From the NCBI GenBank assembly GCA_964525595.1, contig CAZGHF010000001.1, positions 29,509 to 93,508 of the forward strand: 64,000 nt of DNA, read 5' to 3'. The position numbers were made by a program, and so were the translations under genes. Each line of letters opens with the position of its first letter. Within the stretch, counting starts at the first letter, position 1. This document shows, one piece after another, positions 1 through 8,203 of this stretch. The notes under the pieces were generated by a model that saw only the letters and a list, made by a program, of their open reading frames with translations, was not told where the DNA came from and searched no databases. The stretch comes from an uncultured Candidatus Saccharibacteria bacterium. Its GTDB lineage: Bacteria > Patescibacteriota > Minisyncoccia > UBA6257 > GWB1-50-10.

Positions 1-418
1 CCTTCACCCCATGCACGGAAGGTATTACGCCTTCCGCGTTCCACGCTCTTTCCCGGCGCGTCGGTGATTTCTAGACCGTCGGAAAAAAGCATGTGGGTCT
101 CGTCGGTGGGCAAGGTCCAGTTGTCGCGAGCCCAGGGGTCGAGGATGATTACTCCGCTCATCTCGACGGGATGCAGTTGCACTACCCACTGTTCGCCCCG
201 GCCGACCCGAAGGGTATCGTTGGGGAACCTGTTCCAGGGGATGACAGCGTACTGCTCACTCCAGATTTCGCAGGAGCGGGCTGGCATCTCGGCGGTCTCC
301 GGTGTTGAGTCGTCCTGTCTCGTCATCCAGAAGACGATAGGTAGGATGGCGAGGACGATGAGAACCGCCCATAGCCAGCTAGGTGCTGGCTCCGCGGTCG
401 TTGTCTGTGTGTTCGCCA
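1..418 (-). CDS. hypothetical protein with N-terminal TM helix, truncated by window edge
   Basis: My own minus-strand translation from ATG (416-418): MANTQTTTAEPAPSWLWAVLIVLAILPIVFW... It stays open to position 1 and is not in the ORF track. The ATG lies 4 nt downstream of the stop of the 423..1607 gene. GC about 60-65%. Confidence 0.45.
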
Positions 419-422
419 TTGC

Positions 423-1607
423 CTACCTCCTTGCGAAAGCAGTGAGAACCCGTTCCACAACATCGCGAGATTCGGGGGCAATGCTCAACTTCTTCTCGTC
501 GATAACCTTCGGCACCTTCCCACGTTCGGTTTGAACGGCCTCGAGGGCTTGTTCGGGAGAGTAGTTGAACGGTTCCCCCATGAATTCCTTGATTCGCGCC
601 CGTACGTGGGCGAGCTCCACCTCTTCAGCGTCTCTTTCCAGCTTCTCTCTAGCTTGCGCATCGGCTGCCTCGGCTGCTCCTCCAAGCAAGTCAATATCGC
701 CGATGTTCAGGCGTTCGATAATCCAGCCGATGTCCTCGACTAGGATTTTGCCGTCGCCTGTACGAAGATCGCGGATTTCCCGCCTCCGTTTCTCGACTTT
801 CTCTTGGAGTTCCAGGAGAGCTTCAGGACCCTCTTCGCTCTTGATTATACTGAGCCTGTCCTTGACGCGTTTCCAGTCATCTTCGGCCCAGTCATTTTCT
901 CTTTCAAGGAATTGGGTTGGCCGCGGCCTCCGGAAGTATCGGAGCCAGATCCAGGTTGGGACATCTTGAGCGTAGGGAGGAACAATGGTTAGCGAGTTCC
1001 CCGCTATGTTCTTGATGAGCACGCTTGTGCCCTCAAGTTGGGACATGTTGAGTTCTCTCCAGGTGAAAGGACCTTCCTCCAACGACATGGACCACTCCCG
1101 GAGCCGTTCCAAGATTTTGGTCCTGAGCTGGATTGTGACGCCTCTTACTCCACCACTGTTGAGATACTGGATGAAGTGGTCAGGGCTCGGTCTACCGGCT
1201 ACGAGGACAGGCACCCTTGAATCCGCGTTGTCGGGGGTTTTTGTTAACTCCGACACGACATCAAAGGGTAGTCTTTCGACTTTTATTAGGATTAATCCGT
1301 ACCAGATGGGGCAGAGAGGAAAGAATCGCCACCCTTCTTCCTTGTACACGCTTACTTCCTTCTCTTCGTCTTCCCCCGTGTGCGGGTTCCGGACGGTGAC
1401 GGTTTTCGTGAACCGTTCCCCAAATATGGTTACCTGGGCCATGTGAGGCGGGTCAGCCGGTACTCGTCGCAATCCTTGGAGGATGAATCCTCCGAAGAGA
1501 ACGAAAAAGATTGAAAGGCCGAACCAGAAGTTCGTGAAGAGCCAAAACCCCGCTCCGATGAGAGCGAAGATGACACCAGCTCCCTGAATAATCCGCTTCA
1601 AATCCAT
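423..1607 (-). CDS. hypothetical membrane-anchored protein with charged coiled-coil C-terminal half (SPFH/band-7-like only weakly suggested)
   Basis: 394-aa ORF with N-terminal hydrophobic segment and E/R/K-rich helical C-terminus. Canonical SD (caGGAGGaacacc) before the ATG on the minus strand. GC-rich relative to the rest of the window. Confidence 0.5.
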   Translation of the reverse strand: MDLKRIIQGAGVIFALIGAGFWLFTNFWFGLSIFFVLFGGFILQGLRRVPADPPHMAQVTIFGERFTKTVTVRNPHTGEDEEKEVSVYKEEGWRFFPLCPIWYGLILIKVERLPFDVVSELTKTPDNADSRVPVLVAGRPSPDHFIQYLNSGGVRGVTIQLRTKILERLREWSMSLEEGPFTWRELNMSQLEGTSVLIKNIAGNSLTIVPPYAQDVPTWIWLRYFRRPRPTQFLERENDWAEDDWKRVKDRLSIIKSEEGPEALLELQEKVEKRRREIRDLRTGDGKILVEDIGWIIERLNIGDIDLLGGAAEAADAQAREKLERDAEEVELAHVRARIKEFMGEPFNYSPEQALEAVQTERGKVPKVIDEKKLSIAPESRDVVERVLTAFARR

Positions 1608-1740
1608 GGTGTTCCTCCTGCGCTCTCCGGCGCAATCGTGAGATATGTTGGTAGTTCTAGTATTCAGTTGTCAGATTTCTACTTTATAAGATATCACATA
1701 TTATAGTATTTGTCAAACTAAGCTTTAATTTATGAAAAGC

Positions 1741-1772
1741 AAACGCCACCAACTGAATTGGTGGCGTTGCGC
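1741..1772. terminator. hairpin (acgccaccaa-ctgaa-ttggtggcgt), probable intrinsic terminator of minus-strand gene 1793..2170
   Basis: 10-bp perfect stem. On the minus strand it is followed by a T-rich tract (ttgcttttcat). Confidence 0.5.
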
Positions 1773-1792
1773 TTGGGAGGTCAGTAGTACGG

Positions 1793-2170
1793 TCAGGAGA
1801 GATTCCATCGTTTCGCAAAGGCACCGGCCTGCCCGTAACGTTTCCACTTCATCAGCAGGTCGTATGTCTTGCTAGTTACTTCTTTACACGCTGTTGCGAG
1901 CGGATCTTCGTTGTGGCTCTTGGAGTATTCAAGATGCCGCTCGATCTCTCGGAAGGCTCCACCACCAATGTTGCCCCATCTGTATTGCCCTCCGTTTCGA
2001 TACAGCGTTCGGAAAGAAGCTTGTAGAGTGAGAAAGCGAGCCTTATCGGATTTTGTTAGACCGGGCGGCTGTTTGATTGTGATCCATGCCTTCTTTCTCC
2101 TCTCCATCAGAAAAGAGAAGGCAAGGAGGGAAATGGCAATTGCCGCAGGAATGATTGCATAGAGATTCAT
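1793..2170 (-). CDS. hypothetical small membrane protein
   Basis: ORF-track ORF 1793..2224. I prefer the internal ATG at 2170 (MNLYAIIPAAIAISLLAF...) because it is preceded by GGAGGTGgaat. One TM helix. Confidence 0.45.
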   Translation of the reverse strand: MNLYAIIPAAIAISLLAFSFLMERRKKAWITIKQPPGLTKSDKARFLTLQASFRTLYRNGGQYRWGNIGGGAFREIERHLEYSKSHNEDPLATACKEVTSKTYDLLMKWKRYGQAGAFAKRWNLS

Positions 2171-2234
2171 ATTCCACCTCCGGGGGTTCGCATTTGTAGA
2201 ACAGCTATAAATAATTTGCAACAAAATTGAGTAT

Positions 2235-2263
2235 TTGTCAAATTGAGGTCTTCCTTATATAAT
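2235..2263 (+). promoter_or_regulatory. sigma70-like promoter TTGTCA-N17-TATAAT driving tRNA-Leu
   Basis: TTGTCA at 2235-2240, 17-nt spacer, TATAAT at 2258-2263. The tRNA starts about 15 nt downstream. Confidence 0.55.
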
Positions 2264-2277
2264 CTATTAACCGATAT

Positions 2278-2361
2278 GCCGAGGTGGTGAAATTGGCAGA
2301 CACGCTAGCTTTAGGAGCTAGTGCTCGCAAGGGCTTGTGGGTTCGAGTCCCACCCTCGGCA
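2278..2361 (+). tRNA. tRNA-Leu(TAG), long variable arm
   Basis: Hand-folded: acceptor GCCGAGG/CCTCGGC, anticodon stem CTAGC/GCTAG with loop TTTAGGA, variable-arm hairpin, T-arm GTGGG-TTCGAGT-CCCAC. Confidence 0.8.
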
Positions 2362-2363
2362 CA

Positions 2364-2657
2364 ATGTTGTTCACTCTTTATATACTTTATAGTTTAAAGA
2401 CGCCCCGGACTTACGTAGGTTATACCGCTGACTTGAAAGAGAGATTGAGATATCACAATAGCGGTAGAGTAAGAGCAACAAAACCCTATGTGCCGTGGAA
2501 AATTATTTATACGGAAGATAGTTTAACTAAAGAAGAAGCTAAGAAAAGAGAAATTTATTGGAAAAGTGGCGCTGGCAGACGCAATATCAATAGAATCTTA
2601 AGTGGGTTCCCGCCCCAATTGAAATCGGGGCGAGGCTCGCTCAAGACCGAGTCTTGA
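2364..2657 (+). CDS. GIY-YIG nuclease superfamily protein (short YhbQ/UPF0213-like)
   Basis: Translation ...TYVGYTADLKERLRYHNSGRV...KPYVPWKIIYTE...KEEAKKREIYWKSGAGRRNI matches the GIY-YIG motif pattern (GY-YxG, R, HN, E, K-N). Start taken at the ATG at 2364, just after the tRNA. The C-terminal tail runs into hairpin-rich sequence, so the true stop may be earlier. Confidence 0.65.
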   Translation: MLFTLYILYSLKTPRTYVGYTADLKERLRYHNSGRVRATKPYVPWKIIYTEDSLTKEEAKKREIYWKSGAGRRNINRILSGFPPQLKSGRGSLKTES

Positions 2658-2661
2658 GCGG

Positions 2662-2681
2662 CGAGTCCCACCCTCGGCACA
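2662..2681 (+). repeat. 20-bp direct repeat of the tRNA-Leu 3' end (cgagtcccaccctcggcaca)
   Basis: Identical to 2344..2363 (last T-loop nucleotides, T-stem 3' half, acceptor 3' half, discriminator). It is a partial tRNA 3' fragment and not a functional tRNA. Confidence 0.8.
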
Positions 2682-2727
2682 TTCAGTAAAATTGACAAAA
2701 GATTTAATGGGGAATAGTTTGTAAGGT

Positions 2728-3210
2728 ATGGAATTGCTTTTTAATAGTTCTTTTGGTTTAAAACTTGACGTGGCTCAGGTGGTGGCGGAGGTTTTGCGTT
2801 TCATGAAAAGCGACCCGAAGCGGCAATACAAAATCATTATCGGGACCGACTCCGAAGCGCTCCGGAGCAAGAACGCCGACTTTGTAACGGCGGTGGTGGT
2901 TCACCGAATCGGCAACGGCGGCCGTTATTTCTGGCGCCGACTCCAAGCCGGCAAGTTCCACACTATTCGCGACCGGATAATAAAAGAAGTGATGCTTTCG
3001 CTTGAAGCCGCTCACCTCTTTTTGGGAGAACTTAAAAAAGATTCTTCATCTAAAAACTGGAGTTTTGAGATTCACGCCGATATCGGCGAGAACGGGCAAA
3101 CAAAGGTGCTTATTCAGGAAGTGGTTGGAATGATTCGGGCCAATAATTTTGAGGTAAAAACGAAGCCGGAGAGTTACGCCGCGACCAAGGTAGCCGATAG
3201 GCATGTCTAA
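2728..3210 (+). CDS. DUF458 / YkuK-like RNase H-fold protein
   Basis: KIIIGTDSE...ADFVTAVVVHRIGNGGRYF...FEIHADIGENG resembles the YkuK/DUF458 family, recalled from memory. Confidence 0.5.
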   Translation: MELLFNSSFGLKLDVAQVVAEVLRFMKSDPKRQYKIIIGTDSEALRSKNADFVTAVVVHRIGNGGRYFWRRLQAGKFHTIRDRIIKEVMLSLEAAHLFLGELKKDSSSKNWSFEIHADIGENGQTKVLIQEVVGMIRANNFEVKTKPESYAATKVADRHV

Positions 3211-3781
3211 AAAAATCGTTTTTGACATTGAAACCAAAAACACCTTCGCCGACGTCGGCGGAGACCAGAATATTGATAAGCTTGAAGTTTCGGTGGTCGG
3301 GGTTTATTCGTACGACAAGGACGAATACATCTGTTTTGACGAGAACGAACTTGATGAGCTGGGTAGGTTTCTGAAGAGTGCCAGCCCCCTCATCGGTTTT
3401 AGCAGTAAGAGGTTTGATGTGCCGGTCTTGGAAAAATATTTTGATTTTAAATTATCCGCCGTTCCCCATTACGACATCCTGGAAGAGATTACGAAAGCTT
3501 TCGGTCGGCGAATTGGCTTGGGCGTGCTTGCCGAGGCCAATCTCGGCATCGGCAAAACCAGCCACGGCCTTGAGGCAATCGGGATGTACGCTCGCGGCGA
3601 GATGGAGAAGTTAAAAAATTACTGCCTTCAGGATGTAAAGATAACCAAAGAGATATTCGACCTTATTCGCAACCAGGGTTATCTTTGGATTCCCCAGCGG
3701 GACGTGCCGGACATGATTAAACTCCCTCTGACTTATAAAGAGGAAGATTCGCCGCAAGCTGGATTATTTGGTAATATTTAA
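3203..3781 (+). CDS. DEDDy-type 3'-5' exonuclease domain protein (DnaQ/PolB-exo-like)
   Basis: Exo I VFDIET, Exo II GFSSKRFDVPVL, Exo III YCLQDV. Overlaps the upstream gene by 8 nt. Confidence 0.6.
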   Translation: MSKKIVFDIETKNTFADVGGDQNIDKLEVSVVGVYSYDKDEYICFDENELDELGRFLKSASPLIGFSSKRFDVPVLEKYFDFKLSAVPHYDILEEITKAFGRRIGLGVLAEANLGIGKTSHGLEAIGMYARGEMEKLKNYCLQDVKITKEIFDLIRNQGYLWIPQRDVPDMIKLPLTYKEEDSPQAGLFGNI

Positions 3782-3787
3782 AGAGAT

Positions 3788-4111
3788 ATGAGTCCGAAGA
3801 AAAATAAAACTTTGGTTACAGTTGTGGTGCTTTTCTTGGCTTTTGGCTTGGTAATCGCTTATGTGCCGCTTCTTTTTGCTCCTTCATCTGATGAACCGAG
3901 CCAGGTTTATTTTAAGGAACAGCAGCAAGAGATTCCGGTTGATGTACCGGCTGAATTACCGGTAACAGCCCAACTCACATTACCGGTTACCGAGCCGGAA
4001 ACGGAAGTTGCTACCACGACTCCAATTGAAGAAGAAATAAGCCTACCCGATAGTTTCAGCGGTCTTGAAGAAGAAAGTGAATCTTTAGAAGACTTGTTCG
4101 ACGGCTTTTAA
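3788..4111 (+). CDS. hypothetical small membrane-anchored protein with acidic C-terminus
   Basis: 107-aa ORF with N-terminal TM segment (LVTVVVLFLAFGLVIAYVPLLF) and E/D-rich tail. Confidence 0.4.
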   Translation: MSPKKNKTLVTVVVLFLAFGLVIAYVPLLFAPSSDEPSQVYFKEQQQEIPVDVPAELPVTAQLTLPVTEPETEVATTTPIEEEISLPDSFSGLEEESESLEDLFDGF

Positions 4112-4228
4112 TACGTCACCGAAACGTTCGGTAATTTCCCTTTTTGCTTCGCCGATTGGGGTAGAAGTGATAAGATTTATTTAGTTCATCTCAAGAAGAC
4201 TTAAAACCCCCAGGGGAGGGATTTAGAT

Positions 4229-4975
4229 ATGGGAATGGTTCTGAAAGTTCTGGAGAGAGCGGGGCCTCGGCCGGAGGATTTCGAGAAGGGAGCGGTTCAC
4301 GAGCTTGAGGAAGCTTACCGGTTAAGGAAAACCGCAGTTCGGGCGTCCAAGGCCGGTATCCGAGCCGCGAAGAAGAGAGACGCCCGCGGTGTCAGTCACG
4401 AAAAGGCAAAAATCCAACAGTGTATGCAGAAGATTCAGGCTTTAGACTTGGTGCCCGCCTGGAGACGTGCTGAGTTCATTGACCAAGTGGCGGCTGAACT
4501 CGTGGAACTCGTCTGCTTCGAGTGGCTCTATCCGTACGTCTTCTTCGGGGACGAAATCGGTTCGCCGGAGTTCCTCTCGGCAAAACGGTTGGAAGTGTCA
4601 CCTCAGGCGTGGTATCACGGCATTGCCGACGTTCCCGGGGAGCTGGGAAAGGCAGTTACGAGGTATCGCCGGGGTCGGCTTCCACTGAAGGAGAAAGTTG
4701 TTCTTCGTGAGCGGCTGCTAGTGGTCATTCAGGACATCATCTCCTACCTTACGGATGCGACTGATGAGAGCGTTCTCGAGATAACCGGTCATGAGAAAGA
4801 TTTCCGTCGCCGGTTTGAGGGTAAGGTTGCCCGGATTGGCGCGCTCATCAACAGATTGAACGAGGAGATGATTGAATTGCTAGACCGGATTCAACTCCTG
4901 AAGGAAATCCGTCAGGCGGTGAGCGGAACTCCTCGAGAAGAAAAAGAAGCTGGCGGTGAGGACGACTCTTCCTGA
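4229..4975 (+). CDS. hypothetical protein on a GC-rich island
   Basis: 248-aa ORF preceded by GGGGAGGG 8 nt upstream of the ATG. About 60-65% GC against a ~43% background. No family recognised. Confidence 0.55.
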   Translation: MGMVLKVLERAGPRPEDFEKGAVHELEEAYRLRKTAVRASKAGIRAAKKRDARGVSHEKAKIQQCMQKIQALDLVPAWRRAEFIDQVAAELVELVCFEWLYPYVFFGDEIGSPEFLSAKRLEVSPQAWYHGIADVPGELGKAVTRYRRGRLPLKEKVVLRERLLVVIQDIISYLTDATDESVLEITGHEKDFRRRFEGKVARIGALINRLNEEMIELLDRIQLLKEIRQAVSGTPREEKEAGGEDDSS

Positions 4976-5003
4976 AGTAATCCTGTCCCTGTAAGCACTG
5001 GTC

Positions 5004-5044
5004 CCGGCACGAGTATGACAATCGTGCCGGGGCTTCAGTTTTTT
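5004..5044 (+). terminator. intrinsic terminator (cccggcacga...tcgtgccggg then T-run)
   Basis: 10-bp GC-rich stem followed by gcttcagtttttt, directly after the 4229..4975 gene. Confidence 0.7.
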
Positions 5045-5070
5045 AATGAATTTAGTTATATTAAGAGGAC

Positions 5071-6918
5071 TTGAAAATGAAGATTTTTGGTAAAAATTTA
5101 TTCTGGGTGATTGCCACTTTCATCGCCGTGACAATTGTTTTTTCTCTGCTTTTAAATTTAGGAGTAGAGAAACCGCCGGTTTTAAGCATTAGCCAGGTAA
5201 CGGAAAAAATAAACGCCGGCGAAGTAAAAAGTATCGCGGTAAAAGGCAACAACCTTGAACTGGTTTTAAAAGATGAAAGTAAAGCGGTCTCGAGAAAAGA
5301 GGAAGAAGCCGGTTTTTCGGAAACCTTAAGGAATTACGGCGTGGAAACGGAGGCGCTCCGCGGCGTTGAACTCAAGGTGGAGGAAGAGAGCGGTCTCCGT
5401 TTCTGGTCGGGCGTTATCATTCCCACCGTTCTTCCTATAATAATAATCGTCTTTATTTTTTGGTGGATTTTCCGCCAGGCTCGCACCGGCGTTAACCAGG
5501 CTTTTACTTTCGGTAAAGCTAACATTCGTGTGTTTTCAGCTTCCCGGAAGAAAGTAACCTTTAATGATGTTGCCGGCTTGAAAGAATCAAAAGAGGAGCT
5601 TGAAGAAATCGTTGACTTTTTGAAAAACCCGAAAAAGTTTCTATCAATCGGTGCCCGGATTCCGCGCGGCGTGCTTCTTTTGGGTCAGCCTGGGACAGGG
5701 AAAACTTTACTCGCGAGGGCAGTGGCCGGTGAAGCAAGCGTCCCTTTCTTTCACCTCTCCGCTTCCGAATTTGTTGAAATGTTCGTCGGAGTGGGTGCCT
5801 CTCGGGTAAGAGATCTTTTTAACACCGCCAAAAAAGTCGCCCCTTCCATTGTTTTTATTGACGAGATTGACGCTGTCGGTCGCGAGCGGGGCGCCGGCTT
5901 GGGCGGGGGGCACGATGAGCGGGAGCAAACCTTGAATCAAATCTTGGTTGAAATGGATGGTTTTGAGCGGGATACGAACGTGATTGTGATAGCGGCGACC
6001 AACCGGCCTGATATTTTGGATTCGGCTCTTCTCCGACCCGGTCGTTTTGACCGGCGAGTGGTGCTTGATATGCCCGGTATTACCGACCGCGAGGCAATAT
6101 TAAAAATCCACGTCCGGGAGGTACCGCTTGAGAAAAAGGTAGATTTGAAAGTAGTAGCTATTCGGACGCCGGGATTCTCGGGCGCCGACCTTGCCAACCT
6201 CGTAAATGAAGCGGCGATTCTTACTGCCCGCACCGGTCGCAAAGTCGTTTCTCAGAAAGATTTTTTTGACTCGATTGAGAAAGTAATGCTCGGCCCTGAA
6301 CGTAAAAGCCGGGTGATTTCCAAAAATGAAAAAGAAATAACCGCTTATCACGAAGCCGGCCACGCCTTGGTTGCGGCAAGCCTGAAAGAGGCCGACCCGG
6401 TTCACAAGATATCGATAGTCTCCCGCGGAGTTGCTAGTGGCTACACCTTAAAATTGCCAACCGAGGATCGGCGCTTGGCAACCAGGGCCCAGTTTTTGGC
6501 GGACTTAGCCGTTGCTTTCGGTGGCTACGTTGCCGAGATGATAAAATTCGGTGACCTGTCAACCGGTTCTTCCAATGACATCAAACAAGCCACAGCCCTT
6601 GCCCACCAGATGGTTACCCAGTTCGGGATGAGCGATAAATTGGGTCCCCGGACTTTCGGCAAAAATCAGGAACTCATTTTTCTCGGTCGGGAAATCTCAT
6701 CTGAGAAAGATTATTCGGAAACGGTTGCTTCAATCATTGATGAGGAAGTGAACAACTTCATTAATAAAGCGCTCCAAGCAGCGAAAAGGATAGTTTCCAC
6801 CAGAAAAAAAGCTCTTGAGAAAATTGCAAAGACGTTGATAGAAAAGGAAACTCTCGAGCAGGAAGAATTTTACAAAATAATAAAAAGCTTTAAACTAAAA
6901 CCGGTGACTATAAGGTAA
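5071..6918 (+). CDS. ftsH: ATP-dependent zinc metalloprotease FtsH
   Basis: N-terminal TM helices, AAA Walker [19 protein letters not shown], second region of homology, zinc site HEAGHAL. Confidence 0.95.
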   Translation: MKMKIFGKNLFWVIATFIAVTIVFSLLLNLGVEKPPVLSISQVTEKINAGEVKSIAVKGNNLELVLKDESKAVSRKEEEAGFSETLRNYGVETEALRGVELKVEEESGLRFWSGVIIPTVLPIIIIVFIFWWIFRQARTGVNQAFTFGKANIRVFSASRKKVTFNDVAGLKESKEELEEIVDFLKNPKKFLSIGARIPRGVLLLGQPGTGKTLLARAVAGEASVPFFHLSASEFVEMFVGVGASRVRDLFNTAKKVAPSIVFIDEIDAVGRERGAGLGGGHDEREQTLNQILVEMDGFERDTNVIVIAATNRPDILDSALLRPGRFDRRVVLDMPGITDREAILKIHVREVPLEKKVDLKVVAIRTPGFSGADLANLVNEAAILTARTGRKVVSQKDFFDSIEKVMLGPERKSRVISKNEKEITAYHEAGHALVAASLKEADPVHKISIVSRGVASGYTLKLPTEDRRLATRAQFLADLAVAFGGYVAEMIKFGDLSTGSSNDIKQATALAHQMVTQFGMSDKLGPRTFGKNQELIFLGREISSEKDYSETVASIIDEEVNNFINKALQAAKRIVSTRKKALEKIAKTLIEKETLEQEEFYKIIKSFKLKPVTIR

Positions 6919-6920
6919 TT

Positions 6921-6993
6921 GGGTCAGTAGCTTAGCGGCTAAAGCACCAAGCTTATACCTTGGCGATCGAAGGTTCGAGTCCTTCCTGACCCA
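6921..6993 (+). tRNA. tRNA with anticodon TAT (Ile, reads AUA)
   Basis: Hand-folded: acceptor GGGTCAG/CTGACCC, D-stem GCTT/AAGC, anticodon stem CCAAG/CTTGG with loop CTTATAC (U33, anticodon UAU, A37), T-arm GAAGG-TTCGAGT-CCTTC. Confidence 0.7.
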
Positions 6994-7001
6994 CCGACTC
7001 C

Positions 7002-7073
7002 GCGCGCTTAGCTCAGTGGTAGAGCGACTCGTTTACACCGAGTAGGTCCGGGGTTCGATCCCCTGAGCGCGCA
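7002..7073 (+). tRNA. tRNA-Val(TAC)
   Basis: Acceptor GCGCGCT/AGCGCGC, D-arm TAGCTCAGTGGTAGAGC, anticodon stem ACTCG/CGAGT with loop TTTACAC, T-loop TTCGATC. Confidence 0.8.
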
Positions 7074-7118
7074 CAAGATCAGCCTCGTTCAAAAAAGCCT
7101 TAATGCATTTTTTTCTTT

Positions 7119-7148
7119 CTACCCAATATGCGATCGCATATTGGGTAG
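7119..7148. repeat. 30-bp perfect palindrome ctacccaatatgcgatcgcatattgggtag
   Basis: Self-complementary over its full length. Sits between tRNA-Val and the convergent stop of the tyrosine recombinase gene. Could be a bidirectional terminator or a protein-binding site. Confidence 0.6.
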
Positions 7149-7155
7149 AAGAGTA

Positions 7156-8040
7156 TTATTTTCTCCTTCTTCCGTGAAAAACTTCGTGGATTTCGCGGAG
7201 TTCTTTGTTTGTGAGGTGAGTGTAGATTTGAGTGGAGGAGATGTTGGCGTGACCCAGGAGTTCCTGAACCGAACGCAAGTCGGCGCCGTTTATTAATAGG
7301 TCCGTCGCAAATGAGTGTCGGATTTGGTGGGGGTGGACTTTCTTTGAGATGCCGGCTTCGCGAGCTCGAGCATCAATCAAGCGCTGAACGGCCCGGGCGC
7401 TGATCCGGCCAATTACCTTTCCACCTTTGGACAAACTGGTAAACAGGGCGTCTTCTGTGTCATCACGCTTTCCGAGATAATCCTTCAGCGCTTTTTTTGC
7501 TCCGTCCGATAAAAACACAACCCTTAATTTGCCGCCTTTGCCCCGGATAGAAATTTCGCCCCGTTTCAAGTCGATCGTTCGCAGCAGGCTGCAGAGCTCC
7601 GAGAGTCGGAGACCAGTTGAGAAAAATGTTTCCAATATTGCCCGGTCGCGGAGAGCGCGCAGACTATTATCCCTCGGTGCCCTCAGGAGTCGCTCGAGTT
7701 CGGCATAGTCCAAAGTCTCGATTTCGCGGCGGGACACTTTCGGTAATTCGATTGTTTCGGGGGAGAGAACGGGCAGCTCCCGCCTTACCAGGTATTTGAG
7801 AAAATTCCTGATGGCGATTACGTAATAGCTCTGAGTGATTTTTTTCAAGTTCTCCCGGGCGAGAGCGACCCGGAATTCCCTTATTTTTTCCCTCGTGATG
7901 TCGGATATTTTGCTCACATCGGTTTTTTTTATGAAGGTCTTGAGGTAGCGCTCGTAATTCTCCCGTGTCTTCGGCGAGCGGTTTTTTTCAATTTCCAGAT
8001 AGTCAAGATATTCTTTTAGAAGTTTTTCTATTTCGGTCAT
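7156..8040 (-). CDS. tyrosine site-specific recombinase XerC/XerD family
   Basis: C-terminal catalytic region HPHQIRHSFATDLLINGADLRSVQELLGHANISSTQIYTHL and upstream R...GLRLSEL box. Confidence 0.85.
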   Translation of the reverse strand: MTEIEKLLKEYLDYLEIEKNRSPKTRENYERYLKTFIKKTDVSKISDITREKIREFRVALARENLKKITQSYYVIAIRNFLKYLVRRELPVLSPETIELPKVSRREIETLDYAELERLLRAPRDNSLRALRDRAILETFFSTGLRLSELCSLLRTIDLKRGEISIRGKGGKLRVVFLSDGAKKALKDYLGKRDDTEDALFTSLSKGGKVIGRISARAVQRLIDARAREAGISKKVHPHQIRHSFATDLLINGADLRSVQELLGHANISSTQIYTHLTNKELREIHEVFHGRRRK

Positions 8041-8203
8041 TAAATAACATTATACCTCAACTGTCGTAAAATGGAGATTGTTGCATCAAAGAGTTTTTGA
8101 CACAAAATCTCGCGAAGATTTTACAACGCTCCTCGAAAACGTCGTAAAATCTTCACCTTTGACATTCCTTATAACCTATGGTAACCTCTATAAATCTACG
8201 AAA

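Noticed and set aside
64-1446. Plus-strand ORFs (64..534, 93..308, 565..969, 985..1446 and others) overlapping the minus-strand genes at 1..1607
   Set aside because: They have low-complexity, Ser/Arg/Pro-rich composition typical of antisense frames in GC-rich DNA. The minus-strand frames have a canonical RBS and protein-like composition.
423-1607. Assignment of the 394-aa protein to the SPFH/band-7 (prohibitin/stomatin) family
   Set aside because: Topology (N-terminal TM plus long charged coiled coil) is compatible, but I could not identify the conserved SPFH core motifs by eye. Kept as hypothetical with only a weak hint.
2337-2363. Upstream ATG (2337) of the ORF-track GIY-YIG ORF
   Set aside because: It lies inside the tRNA-Leu gene. 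The ATG at 2364, immediately after the tRNA, is the plausible start.
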